Part shown: positions 11,896 to 25,531 of the stretch, in pieces
Layout: every line of letters starts with the position of its first letter
Numbering within the stretch: the first letter of the stretch is position 1
Source of the DNA: Bigelowiella natans CCMP2755
Taxonomy: Eukaryota > Protista > Cercozoa
DNA length: 64,000 nucleotides
Direction of reading: 5' to 3'
Assembly (NCBI GenBank): GCA_000320545.1
Contig: ADNK01001014.1
Location: forward strand, 66,981 to 130,980
The notes under the pieces: model-generated
Databases searched by the model: none
What the model saw: the letters and a program-made list of their open reading frames with translations, nothing else
What the model was told of the DNA's origin: nothing
Made by a program: the position numbers and the translations under genes

Positions 11896-14130
11896 ATAGC
11901 AGTGGCAGTAATCGCCGTTGTCGTCGTTGTTGTTGTTGATGATGATGTACGGTCAAGACTATCGCTAATAGTAACTGCACTCATATTAATTATATATTGT
12001 TCCCCCCCCCCCCCTCCCCTTGAGTAGATCGACCAGTTAAACGGCCCTTTGGTAGAGTTCTGCAGCCATCTTAAGAAAGGAGGTCTCTACGTGATCGGCA
12101 ACGTGGTGCTTGGAGCACGCTTCGATAGGCTCACGAACACTGCGTCAAGGATGAAGAAGGTTGGATATGCTCGAAATCTAACGACGAGCGGAGAAGAGGA
12201 TTAGAGTATGCGCGTCGTTGTCACCATCATCATTGCCATCGACCTATATTTCGTGTTGTAGAAGACGATGGTAGTGGTGGTTATGATCCATAGCGATTTC
12301 ACCTAGCTTTCTCCCCCCCCCCTCCTCCATTCCTCTTCACAATCTTCACACCATAGGCGCTCGGTGACTATATCTACACCGAGAATTTGAAGGCGTTCCC
12401 TGCGGTATGACTGCTGTGTTAGTTTATAAATGCAGTAGTTATGCTGTTGATAGCACCTGGATGTGTACTTTCCTTACTGCTGCATGATGATGTGAGATGA
12501 TGATGACGATGATGAGCGACATCAACCCAATGACCTCAAAAATGACTATTACTCCTCCTCCTCCTCCTCCTCCTCATCGTCTACTCGTGATCATCCTCAT
12601 CTCCTCTCATTCTTCTAATTCCTAGTATCCCTTTACCTAATACTCGCAGGTAGCAGTGGGTAGTACTGCGCGCACAGCATACCAAAATCTGATGGTAATG
12701 TCTGGGCTTGGAGCCATGACGCCTAACACGGTAGTCGTTCCATACATCGAGGGCCTTCATCTCAAGCAGCAGCATCATCCTGATGGTGGAAGTGCTCCTA
12801 CTCCTACTACTGCTGCTTCTTCAGCTAGAAGCTCGCATCATACTGATACGAAAGCTGAGTCCCCTGATCGCTACAGCAATAGGTAGCATGAGGGGGGGGA
12901 GGGGGGGGGAGGGTCCCACAGGCAATGATAATAGAATAGAGCTGTTAATGCTCATTATTGTGCATATCGATATCGACATCGTCATCATCATCATCATCAT
13001 TAATGTGATGTTTGGTGGTTCTCATTGGGGTTTGGCTGTTTGGTCTTTTGCTTCATGCATCACCCTGATGATGATGATGATGGTGGTGATGACGTACGAA
13101 CAACAATCAATCGCAACAACAACAACAACAACAACAGCAAAGCGGGTATTCTCCTCTCCCCCCTTTCCTCTCATAAAGGGAGGAAGAAGAAAAATGGGGG
13201 GCCAACAACCTCATTGCTATCATCACCATCGTTGTCATCACTTTCATCAGCGCAACTATTACCTATTATGTCGCCATCTTCCTCTCTTCTTCCTATTGCA
13301 ATACATGGTGCTAAGAGTAACATAACTTACGATTCACCCTCACCCCACCACCGCTCACGTGATGACCCTAGGAGCAAATCGCAGTTTTTCCACGATCTGA
13401 GCCTCAAAATGGAGAGGAAGGTAATAATGGAGATGATTTGGGGCTTGTGGGAGGAGGGGCATGCAATTTCAAAATTCTCACCGCCGACAACAACAACAAC
13501 GACGACGACGACGACGACGACGAAAAAACCAACAAGTTGTACGTTCTATTCAACGCGTTGTTGCTCTTCTACTCTAGTAATCTGCTTCTCCTCTCATTGT
13601 CTTCTTGCCCCATCATCATCATCACCATCAATCTATTGCTGACAGGACTACTCGGCAAGCGCGTTCTTCAATAGCTCTGTCACGAGCATGGTGATGAGGA
13701 GGAGGGAGGAGGTGGGAGGAGGGAGGGAGGGAGGAGGATGAAGGGAACAAGGGGGGGGGGGGCGCAGAAAATATCACTCAGACCAAACGCATCGATCACC
13801 ATTCATCATCATCATCATTACCACCACAGTAACACTAACGTTGATCATCATTTACATTACTCATGTAGCACGAATTCGTCAATCTGCTGGGTGATGGACG
13901 GGCATTGTCCAAGAACGTGCTCGTGACTCGCAACTTCGATAAACTGGTGCCTGAGCGCATCTCCGCCTCCCGATTTATCGATATATGGCTACTTGACGAG
14001 GTGATAGCAGTAGTAGTTGTGTGTCGTAGTAATAGAAGTAATAGTAGTAGTAGTAGTAGTAGTTTGAAGGAATATACGCATACAGGCTGTGGAATAGTGA
14101 AAATCATTTATTGCTTGGTAGTATCCACAC

Positions 14131-14161
<31 letters not shown>

Positions 14162-15823
14162 TATCATCATCGTCGCACCATTGTGAGCATCGTCAGCACC
14201 GCCACTGTGACTGCGTGCACACGATTCACTATCATCTCAAACGTCGGTCGGTCCTCCGGTCCTTTTCGCACATCCATCCACCCATCGATAATAACACTCT
14301 CAGAACTGCGTGAAGTCATGGAATGCATTCGAGAAGCAGGCGCTGCTGATCGTGGAGATGGCTCACATCCTCTTGAAGAACAAAGTCTGGGGTTCGCAGT
14401 GTCAAACGCGGATTGTCATGCCAGTCAAGAGCAACACAGACGAATTAGAGCTGACCGTTAGTCCCCCCAGTGGAAAGAGCAGCGCGGTATTCCATTCCAG
14501 CACCCCCCTGCACGAATCAGGATCAGTCGATGCGAAGTTGTTGAAGACCGAAGTGATTCTTGAGGAGGTAGTGATAGTGACGCTGATGCAGAGGCAGACA
14601 AGCTTCACTCATCCATTCGTTCTTTTCTTTTTTCTTTTTTTTTTTTTAATTGTTCCCATCCTCCTCCTCTTCTTCTCCTCCCCCCCATTCCTCTTCTTCC
14701 CCCCCCCCCTCCTCGTATTCTCCGACAGGTAGAGCCATCGGAAGGGGACAAGATGCTACAACACGGTGGCGACAATGATGATGGTGATGACGACGACGAG
14801 AAGGTACTAGTGCTAGACGATGCTTACTTCTTTTTCTCCTTGAGACCTATCATATACGATAGAGCGGAAGGTTGTAGTAAAACAAGCAGTCTGCAATGAT
14901 GGTGATGATGATGATGATGATGATGGTGATGATAGTGAGGAGGAAGATGAGTGCTAATGTCAACACCTCACATTTGATCGTAATGTTTGATCTTGTTGTT
15001 CTCCTCCTCCTCCTCCTCCTCCTCCTCCTTCTCTTGCTCTCCTCATAGGAACCCGTGGAAGCTGCAAAGAGCATGCTGGAGCAACGGCTGTACCAGGCGA
15101 GGATCAATATCGATCGAGTACGTCTATCTGAATTATCTTCATGCTGGAAGAACCGAGAGGAGGGGGAGGAGGAATGATATTTGCTGTTCATTCATCGTGG
15201 GATATGATATGTCTGTCAGAAATGGCGCTTCTAGCGTTCCTGATAACAGCTGATCATATGTTCTGTTTCCCCCTCCCCCTCCCCCTCCCCCTCCTTCCTC
15301 CTCCTCCTCCTGCTACTTCTTCTGCTACTTCTACTACTACTACTACGGTTGGTGTGGTATTAAAAATCGCAGATAATGGTGATCCCAATTAGTCAAGAGG
15401 ATCTACTATCCGATAGCGGCTACAGCACTTCGTCGATGCCACCCCCCTCTAAGCTGAACAGGATGATCAGAGAACGATCTGCCTCAACGCTCCTCTCGCT
15501 CTTGCCTCTGCCCCCACTCCCTAAGAATCTTTCTAGCGCCTCGAAGGTAGGTTAGCACGTACATCAATCTTCAACGAAGTAGTGGTAGAAGTCGTAGATA
15601 CCTGCGCGCCGTTTTGGTCTTCCTCCTCCTCTTTCTGTTCAGTAGTCCTCCCCCCCCCTCTCTAGCAAAGCAACAACAGAGAATAACAATGTCGTCCTTG
15701 TTGTCGTCATCTCCCCAGGAATGTGATAAGTACTACCGAGTGCTGGGAGAGATCTCGCAAGGCCTGCCGCCAGTAGCGCTGCTCTCAGAGAGTGATGACC
15801 TGATTATGAGCCGGGAAATTTAA
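8377..15823 (+). CDS. SLC12 cation-chloride cotransporter (SLC12A9/Vhc1-like), ~20 exons
   Basis: Spliced motifs [125 protein letters not shown]; stop at 15823. Confidence 0.93.
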
Positions 15824-16735
15824 AATTGAATAATCATTCACGTATAGCATTAATCTCATAGTTTAATATGCGGAGGATAGAGTACTAGCACGTAGTAGTA
15901 ATATCAACAACGCGGGGCCAATATGAGAACAATTTGATAATATTTGTTACCTTGCGCGTATCGTTGAAATGTTTACGGGTTGATCATGTTGCATGAAGAC
16001 TCGAGAGGGATAGCGATATGTCTTTTGTATTTGCCGCAACATGCATTTCGTGCATGCCTTAACATTCGTATATTCGCGTAACTTCTGCATACATACACTT
16101 TTGCCTTATCATTAATGAGGCGAGCGCGCAGCACAAAGAGATGTCAGCATGCAACGTAAAGCTTGGCGGATGCGTTCATGTGGCGACCCAGCAGCGTACG
16201 TACATGCACATGATACATGTAGCGTACGACGATGCATTGCTGCGTGCTCTAGTACTGTCGCACGTGCGCACTAATGTGTAGTGCTATGTGCACATACATG
16301 CAGGCCAGGCCTGCATGTATCGTGCCTCAAACGATCCTAGCTATCATCGCGAATAAGCTCCGTCACATCTAGACATGCAGCTAGCATCGCATAGCCTTCG
16401 CTGTATCTTCATTGCATGTTCGCATAATGTATGCGGTTTGAGTTATTGCTTGACACAAACGAGGCTAGCGCAGCGAGGCGGCCACATGCTATGTATGTGT
16501 GCTATTTAGGACTGAGCATATCTAGCTATAAAACGTGAGGCAGTATTTTCTTTCTACCTCAACATCTTTTTAAGCCGTGGCGCATATCGATCTAGACATT
16601 GTGCATCGATCACTCGGTGCACGTACTTATGCTCTTCCCCCGCGCTGATAGTGCAGTTGTAGCTCTTATTGCTTGTATCGCATAGCTCTCCTAATCACCT
16701 CGTAGCGAAGCTAAACGATTATCATCCATTGGTTG

Positions 16736-18402
16736 CTACTCAGGATCAAGTCCAGTGCACTCCACGGAACGAGTTATCTCGAGCAGTTCTTCATGTATCT
16801 GAAGCAGCATTACCAGCAAGGTGAATAGTAGCAGCATGAGCAGCACAACGCGCATGTACGTGTCTAAGAATGTCAGTCTGCTTGAAGGATAGCCGGAAGA
16901 AAGATATGGTAAGAGTGTATGAATGAGATGTTGCGAGGCCTTTTGCCACAAGGCAGCACGCCAGGCTACAGCGACGATAAAACCCAACTACCCTCCATCG
17001 TCAGCGGAAACTTTTGCATCATAAAGAGTAAGGAACCTTTCCATTCGTTGCACATAGAGGCCGTGTGGAAAGAGTCCAGTCGTTGCCTTCCAAGTCGGTC
17101 ACCTGTTTGAAACAGCAGCTTAGTAGTAGTAGTAGTAGAAGAAGAAGAAGAAGAAGAAGAAAAAGAAGAAGTCGAAATAGTGGCATTGTGATCACGATAG
17201 CAGGGAGGCCACGACGATATGCTCACGACTACTGATGCGGTCATGGTTGGAAATCACACGCAACAGCCCGAGTTTTAGCATAGAAAGAGCTGAAACCTGC
17301 CCTCCAGCCTCTTTCACCATCAGCACACCAGCAGCCTGATGGTTTTCAAAAACAGCATCCAGATGCAGAATCTTGAGAGAGAAATGAGCACACACACACT
17401 GTGGCTCAATGAGGTGGGTCGCAGCCAGATAGAGAGGGTTGACCAATTTACTCTCTTTCATCTTGGCCAACATTCATTCTATGTATCTTAATACCGAGTC
17501 CCACGCATTGAGGTCTGGCTCGTAATAGGCTCCTGCACGCCCAGCTGCAACCTGCAATTAGTCGAAAAACACGATTATTGCTTGAGGTAGGAAGGAGGTG
17601 CTGAAGCAGCAAAGCTGCGCGATGTGCGTTTGTGTGCTTGTCTGCTGTGGCATCGGCGATGGGTGTGGGAGAGGCAGTAGCATGCACTCTGTCATCGTCT
17701 GTGCGGCAGCTGAAGCTTTGCGTCTTCGTTCTTCCAATCATTGGTAGTGCATGTACTGAAATACTATACAGTGTTATTATCGTTGACTTTGTATCTATTG
17801 CCCCCCCCCCCCCCCCCCCCCCCCTGGCCCCCCCTTTTTTTGGCGGGGAAAGCAATCTGCCCATCATGTGCCCTTATTCGTCTTTTTTTGTGTTCTTGAA
17901 GTGTGCTATTATCACTACTATTACTACAAGTAGCAGTAGTAATACCCATGCAAGCATCAGGGCTGCAGTGCCTGGTTGCCGTGAATATGGTTCCCCGATA
18001 AGATGGGTGAGGGGCAAGCGATGAGTGAAAGATACATAGGAGGAGGAGGAGGAGGAGGAGGAGGAGGAGGATTTATAATACGTAAAAGGAAAAGAAGGCA
18101 AGAGCGAGAACATGATCTAAATTGTCCTATTGTGCATTGCGCATGAACGTCGATCAACGGAAATCATATCTGCAGCAGCTTCTTCTCTTCCTCTACCTAG
18201 CATCCTGATGGTACGTGCTCTTGGCATTAACGCATGTACGCTCCTAACAACAACGACGATAATCGCAAATAATGATGGTGATGATGATGATGATGAGGAG
18301 GAGGAGGAGGAGGAGGAGAAGTGGGGGAAATGTATAGCTATGGTAGTTGTGGTAAAATTTCGCGCATTGTCATGATAATCGTAATCGTTGCTACCACTTT
18401 CA

Positions 18403-18442
<40 letters not shown>

Positions 18443-18709
18443 GTGCAGGTGGAATGAAGCCCCATCGTCGCTAGATCCTCACACATGCACTACTACTACT
18501 ACTACTACTACTACTACGACGACGACTACTACAACTGCTAGTACTGACCTGAGGGTCGGAGCGATGGAGCGTGGGTTAGGGGGGGAACCGGTGTAAACCA
18601 CGCTGCGACTTAGACTTGCTGCATCGGATACCTTCAGTTTATATATATATATATATATATATAAATATCACTATGATATAAAAATGTGTCTGCACTCCCC
18701 CCTATTCTT

Positions 18710-18759
<50 letters not shown>

Positions 18760-20436
18760 TTTTAAGAATAGGTTCGAATGAATAGGGTTATTAAATTGCT
18801 ACTAACACAGCTATTACGAGGACCTTCCCCCTCCTCCCCCTTCTGCCTACGACTAATACACTACTTGCATCCTTTTCCCGTTAACAAATGCGCCGTTGCC
18901 TAGAATCGCTTCGAATCTGAGGGGAGATTGCAATCCTAAGCATTTGATCAGTGTTCTTCTGTTTATCTCCCTAGTCCTTCTCTTGAATGATAGAGCTCGC
19001 AGATAACGTGGTACACGCCCAAACGCACCAGAAAGTCATTCCACACACACACACACACACACACTTAAGTATATTTATTATTAATATATGCACTGAATGA
19101 AGGAACGTACAGCTCGTCATTGAAGGGATCGTAGATCACACCCAATACCTGCCAAAAGAGAATGAATAACCAACACAACGAAGAAGCGAGGAAGTGATAT
19201 TATGACGGACTACTCGCGTGTTGCAGTGAAAATAATAGTAACAATAATACTAATACTAAAATACCAACCATTTTGCCTTTGTGAGCTAAACCTATTATTG
19301 TTCCGACTAAGGGCATCCCTGATGATGATAACGACGACGAATTGAGAGAATCATCGTATTATCAATCAGGAATATTAACAACTACTCCTCCTCCGCCTCC
19401 TCCTACTACTACCGGAGGCAAAGTTGGTCGTTCCGTCAATAGGGTCAACAATCCATAGCCATTCTGATGAGTGATGATGTTTTGCACATACCAGCAACAA
19501 GGGAAAAGAAGTCAGCGGATGTACACATTCAATCATATCATCCTCCAATTTCATGTCTAGCAATGCAGGAGCAGCAGAGCAGATTCCACTACTTGCTGCG
19601 AGGATATTACAAATGATGACCATTATCACGTGCTTCCTGGAGAGCGATCTGACTAGCATCTGCACCGGGGGCAACGCCTATTTTTGTTTTCTATCCGTTA
19701 TCATCATCATCATCGCTCTACCGAACTGGGGAATGGGAACAACCAACTTTGCATCTGTGACGGGGATTTTTTAAAGCACACACTCGCGGAAACATACAAC
19801 ACAATATACTTTCCTCTCCCAGAAATCCATGCGCAGGATATGCCTCGAGGATGATCTTTTCTATGATTTCCTGAAAGTGTCAAGTAGTTGTTACAATTGT
19901 GTGAGAGTAGACGGTGATGATGATATGATGATGATGAATGAAATAGAACCACGGAAGTGGCAAAAACAATGACGACACACTGATGATTTCTGGTGCTTGG
20001 AACACAAATTAACAACCATTCAATTCGCGACCACAACCTGGCATTTTCCGTCGACTTCGGTGAGGAGATCCATCGCATTCAATTTAGTCTGAACATGGTA
20101 TGTATTGTAATGATAACTGTCCTTGACTGCATTTTAATGCTCACTAGCTTATAGGTCACCACCTCAATCACATCTGCCCCGAGTCTTTGTCGAATCAATT
20201 CACCGGCCTCTTTAGCGGCCTAGATAAATTTTTGACATGCGAAATATGCAACATTCGTTATTTTTTATGTGGAACTCAGATCACTCTCTGCTCGTGCATA
20301 TTGCTTTGTGCTGCTACTTTTATGGCAGTATTCCTAGCCTCGAAAATATCTATTCCTCCAAGAAGATTGGGGTTCCCTAAAGTAAATTTGGATTTCCCAT
20401 CAAATAAAAGATTAAACGTTGGTGTTGAAAATAGCG

Positions 20437-20479
<43 letters not shown>

Positions 20480-20964
20480 TATGTGTGTGTGTGTGTGTGT
20501 GTATGTGTGTTGTGTGTAAATGCTCAAGCAATCTTTCACAGGCACCACTCCTAGCACCACCTGATTCATCTGCAGTCCTGGTGCTGCTACTGCAGCGGAT
20601 TGACTTTTGCCTCGAAGAAGATGGTGGTGATGATGCGCCGGTAGATTTCCTCATGAAAGAGGTAAACCGAGCAGAAAGTTGTGGAGAAGAGTAGCTATGG
20701 AGAGGTAGTGTACGAAGTCGTCCTGTTTTGGGTACCGTATAGAGAGTGCTTCTACCCGCGGCATGCTGGAGGACAGCCAAAAAGAGAAAAGGCCCTGAGG
20801 TAGGTAAGTAGGTATTTATACATAGGTAGCAGGGAAGATAGGGGAGGGGGTGGTGGTTGGTGATTCGATAACAATAATACGACAAAAGCTAAGGTATAAT
20901 AGCAGCAACCAAATGGTCCTATCCACTGCCTAAACGATTTTCTCCTCTCTTTGAAAACTTTCAT
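16736..20964 (-). CDS. Inositol monophosphatase family protein (IMPL/SuhB-like), probable plastid bipartite leader
   Basis: WIVDPIDGTTNFASG (19410-19460), [71 protein letters not shown]; hydrophobic then Ser/Arg-rich N-terminus. Start approximate. Confidence 0.92.
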
Positions 20965-21307
20965 CGGTGGCTGTTATATGGGGTAGTGCCACGTGGCAGG
21001 GGTTCGGGAGAGTAGTAGTAGATCTAGTAGTAGTCTAGAGGGTTGCAGAGAGAAATCGTGAAAAATATATTCGTCGTCCATTGATCAAGAAAACACAGGC
21101 GATTTTGGCCCAACGACGTGACCTTTTGTCAAATAATAATGTCGATTTTCTAAAGATTGTGTTAGTCGCAGCTGTAAAAACGGCTTCTATCATGTTACTT
21201 CGGCTCGCTAAACAGAGCGAGAAGGATTGAAGCGTGGCCTCCTCCTGCGAGTCAGGCTGCTTCTGTAAAGCCGCTTCATTCATTCATTCATTCATTCATT
21301 CAGTCTT

Positions 21308-22076
21308 ATGAAACTGCTTCCTTTATTCATTCATTCATCGTTCCGTGCGATCCACTGCAGCACTCTTCAAGGCCACGTTCCGCGTCCCTTGACGGGGGTG
21401 CTGTTACAGAGGACTCGGCCTTTGGAATTTCAACCTGTAATTCGATTCGTGCTCAAGGGGAAAATCCACCCGCAGATTGATCTACGCCACATTTGAAGTC
21501 TAAGCAATGTCTTGAATGATAACACTGGATGTTCCAATCACTCAACCCGTGAACACAAGAAGACTCATGACGAGACCAAGACTAATAAGGATTCCTTGAG
21601 CACAGCTCGATCAACCGCAAGCTGAAGATTCGGTGCCCCTTAATTTCTCTGCTCCTCGTCATAAGAAGAAGAACAGTAAGACTAGGAATGAAAAGAGAAG
21701 AGGGAAAATTGCTAAAAGAGGAGGCAAAAAGGATTTTGGATCGGGGCTAGCATCACTGCCAAAAGCAGGGGTCTCTCTCGCCGTAACAGTCAAGAATATG
21801 GTCAGAGTGAGCAGCCCGAGAATGAGAAGTTCGTCACTAAGGAGTACGTACAGGGCTTTCTGTCCTTGGAGTAAGCGTCTCGAATTGCTCCTTGACATTC
21901 TGAGGTTAACAGCTTACTTGGAAAATCCCCCGACAGGCTACAGTTCCACAACGCCGGGATGCATCTGCGGAAGAGCGGCATGCCTGAATTGTGGCTGCTC
22001 CTTTTTTGGGGCAACAAAGCCAGTGGAGAAGTTCGCGCGCCACAACAAATGGAAGCGTGTACCAAAGATTTTCTGA
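21308..22076 (+). CDS. Hypothetical basic protein with C-terminal Cys cluster (CxCxxxxCxxCxC)
   Basis: ORF 21308 can splice (CCT|GTAATT...CACAG|CTC) in frame to ORF 21633-22076. No homology recognised; strand assignment weak. Confidence 0.35.
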
Positions 22077-22673
22077 GCGTAGCAAAACTTGCGTGTGGGT
22101 ACTTTGTCGGATTTCGCGACAGAATCCTATGCAAATGCGAATCATCGTCTACGTGTTCATGTCAAATCACAACAGCCAGGATGATCAATGCTACAAAACT
22201 ATTCTGCAGACCACTTCGAAGAAGATGTTTCTCTAAACTCTGGCCCTAGCTAGCTAGCTTTCCACAAAAACAACCTTTGCACACATCTAGGCATGCTAGC
22301 ATGTATTCATGTTGTTCCATCTAGAGCAACTAAACACAGATTTGTATGTGACATGTTGCAACTCGCGCGAACTTGCTACTGTACTCAGCACGGAGCAGCG
22401 AACATGAGCAATGAGCTAGAACGAAGACTGGCTTCGTTGGTGTGCAATGTGCACGTTGCTTGCGACACAGGCGCAGCGCAAATGGTTGAGCCACGATGCG
22501 ACATATATCTAAACAACAACATACCCATGCTGCAATATGGAGGGGAGATGAGAAACTAAAGCAATGTCACAAAAATTTTCTCCGATTGTTGATGTCATTT
22601 ATGATTTGAACGCACACTTAAAATGCTGCATCTCTCAGAACCACGACTAAGCATCATATTGTAGATGCAATGT

Positions 22674-24334
22674 TTAGGCCGCGTTATCTCTGCTGAGATA
22701 CTCTCCACTTCGAGAATCAATCTTAATCGATTCGCCCTCCTTGATGAAAATCGGGACCTGAAACAAGAATAAGATGAGCAAAGCCTTTATGTCGCTCAAA
22801 TATGATGATTACTCATACTACTGAGATATAATTTTTGTAAAGCAATATTCAAAAATCTTGCAGTCCCCATAAAAACAACTATCATTCCGTCAGAAACACC
22901 CGATTTCGCTTTGATTTCAGGATGATGATAATGATAATGATAATGATGATGATGTGAAGCTTGTTACTATGTTTGACCTGGATGGTTGCGCCAGTTTCCA
23001 AAGTGGCAGGTTTTGTTGCGCCAGTTGCGGTGTTTCCTTTCACTCCCGGCTCTGAGGACAATGGTCGAACTTAAGTATACGCTGCCATTTGACAAGTACA
23101 AATGGCAAGGAAAATGAAAACACGAAAGAAAAGCCTACAACCAGGGATTGCCAACTAGTATTATTTAAGCATCACTACTTCCGTCATTATCATCATTATC
23201 ATCACCACTTTTATCACCTGAGTATGTGATCTTCAGGGTAACAGTCTTGGGAAGATCCACACCAATCACCTGCAGCACAACAAGCAACAATGACAAAATA
23301 ACTTAAAGCATTACTAGCGTGTCTTCTAGTGCGTTTTATAGCTGTGCCCGTTTCGAGTCCTGGTCGCATCTGACGACATGCCCAGTCTCAAACAAAGTGA
23401 TCAACAGCAGGATCACCTGTCCGTTGTAAGTGACGACTCCCACCGTCTCGCCTTCTTTCATCCACTTCCAGCTGTCTCCTGGTTTAGGCATATGAATGTA
23501 TGAGCATGAGTAGCTAGACGGATTTTGCACCTTCACAGATGCTATATTATGCTTGCTATACGATGTATCCATAATCACGAGCAGGTTCCTTTTGTATGGC
23601 ATCAAAAATCGTGCACGTTCTTGCAGGCGGTGATAATCATGATGGCGCACTGATAATACCCATTTCAGCTTCGCCCACCTTAACTTCTTCAAAGGATTCC
23701 ATATTCTGAGTTGTGATGATATTATTGCTGATAGTTCTCGTGAGACGATATGTCTCTACATTACACTAATTGACAGCATCAAGATCGAAGCTTTATGGCA
23801 CAGCACATTGAGAATAAAAAACTACGTCCAAACGAACGACAAAAATGTATTCCTCTCTGTGGCTATGAAGGAGGAGGACTCCAATATATTGTATGAAAAT
23901 ACTACCATGAAAACAAAATCTGGGCCGTCTTTATAAGTGTATTGCACATCGCTCTTGTAGACATCTGCCAAGGTCACCTGATGGGGAGAGGAACCGATTT
24001 GGTTCAATGTTGTACGGTTATTTTCATCGACAACCAGCACATGTTTAATATCAGAAGTAATACCGTTTCCCCAGCTCGAAATGTCTTCTCAACGCTGGTA
24101 CCGGTCAAGAGATTTTTCAACTTTGTCCTTACAAAAGCAGATCCCTGAATGCGAGCAGGAAAGGACGAATTTAGCCAGTTTAGCTATGGTCAATGGGAAA
24201 TTTCTCGAAGAAATCTGAACCAGATGATACCTTCCCAGGTTTTACATGAAGAAATTCTGTTACCTGAAGGTTAATGCAACACAATTCTGCATCATATCAT
24301 ATGAGGAGCGATAATAATCTGGGTTTCAAACCAC

Positions 24335-24376
<42 letters not shown>

Positions 24377-24837
24377 ATATTTTCTGCTCTGTTACTTTGA
24401 ACGGGATGGAATCGATCTCCAAATTCATTCCATTTTTGAAATCATTGCTTGATGTCGTTGCCTTCAGGTGGTTTAATCCTCTGAACCGAGACTTGTGTAA
24501 ATTGGGGTTACAGCCAGCCATGCTGAATCTCATCATTGGCGAAACCATAGAACGCGGGGAGGTCACTGACACAGACACATCATTTCTCACCACATTAACT
24601 TACAGCTCCTTATTTTTCGAAACTATAATTCGAAGAACATATGAGCAAGCCCATCGAGTAATGATTTAGTTTGTATTCAAATGGTAGAAGGGAATCCATC
24701 CCAGTCCTCCCTAGCTTCCTCCCGTCACCTTGGATTGCACCCCGACTCAAGGTCCCTTGGCGATACATAAACGGCGCGGATAACATGACAACAGCGAGTG
24801 GCAGAAGAATACATAAGGTCTGCGAGCGACGCGGCAT
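22674..24837 (-). CDS. efp: Nucleus-encoded, plastid-targeted translation elongation factor P
   Basis: [19 protein letters not shown]|[11 protein letters not shown]|[27 protein letters not shown] ... [25 protein letters not shown]|[23 protein letters not shown]; leader [21 protein letters not shown] + Ser/Arg-rich transit region. Confidence 0.95.
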
Positions 24838-25531
24838 AGTGAAGTTTGGCTTGTGGGGAGTGCACGTGGAGTCACAGGGGGGTACACGTGGCGTTGGGGA
24901 TGCTAACTGATCAGGACTTTTTCTACCCATGTACTCCATGTAAATAGACGTCTATTACATTGCGATAACAATAATAGTTACTATATCTTCAAATAAACAT
25001 GTATTATTGCTTTTGAATCCCATAAAATGGCATTGTAAGATCTGATTTTTTAATCCGGTACGGGCATAAATCTAGGCCAAAATACAAGCCAACAACAACC
25101 AGAGACAATATACTTGGAAAAATAATGGAATTGTGGAAGTTTGACGCTTAGAGAAAAAAAAAAAGATATTTAATCGATATTTATGCGGAATTATAATCAT
25201 TGTGATTAAAGTACTGCTTGCAAATATTCACTCGACCTTCTCGATCTTTGACGGCTATGATAGGTTCATTCTACATAGAGATATCTTCCCAAAATAGATA
25301 GCTAGTTTCCTACTAAAGTTGACGTTTTTCACTAGTAATTTACCGCATACTTAGAAAAATATAATGGCTCTCTGAAGAATATTTAGCACAATAATAAACT
25401 AGAAATCCCAGTTCCAGCATCAATCTTATAATAATTTAGATGTATTACCCTCTTAAAATTATCCCTTCCAACGAATATGACGATAGAACTCAGACCACGT
25501 ACCCTACCACGCCCCGTCCTCTCTGGCTGAG

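Noticed and set aside
21659-21898. Minus-strand ORF with two hydrophobic segments
   Set aside because: It is the antisense of a Lys/Arg-rich plus ORF (AAG/AGA codons give Leu/Phe/Ser) and has no supporting splice pattern; not fully excluded.
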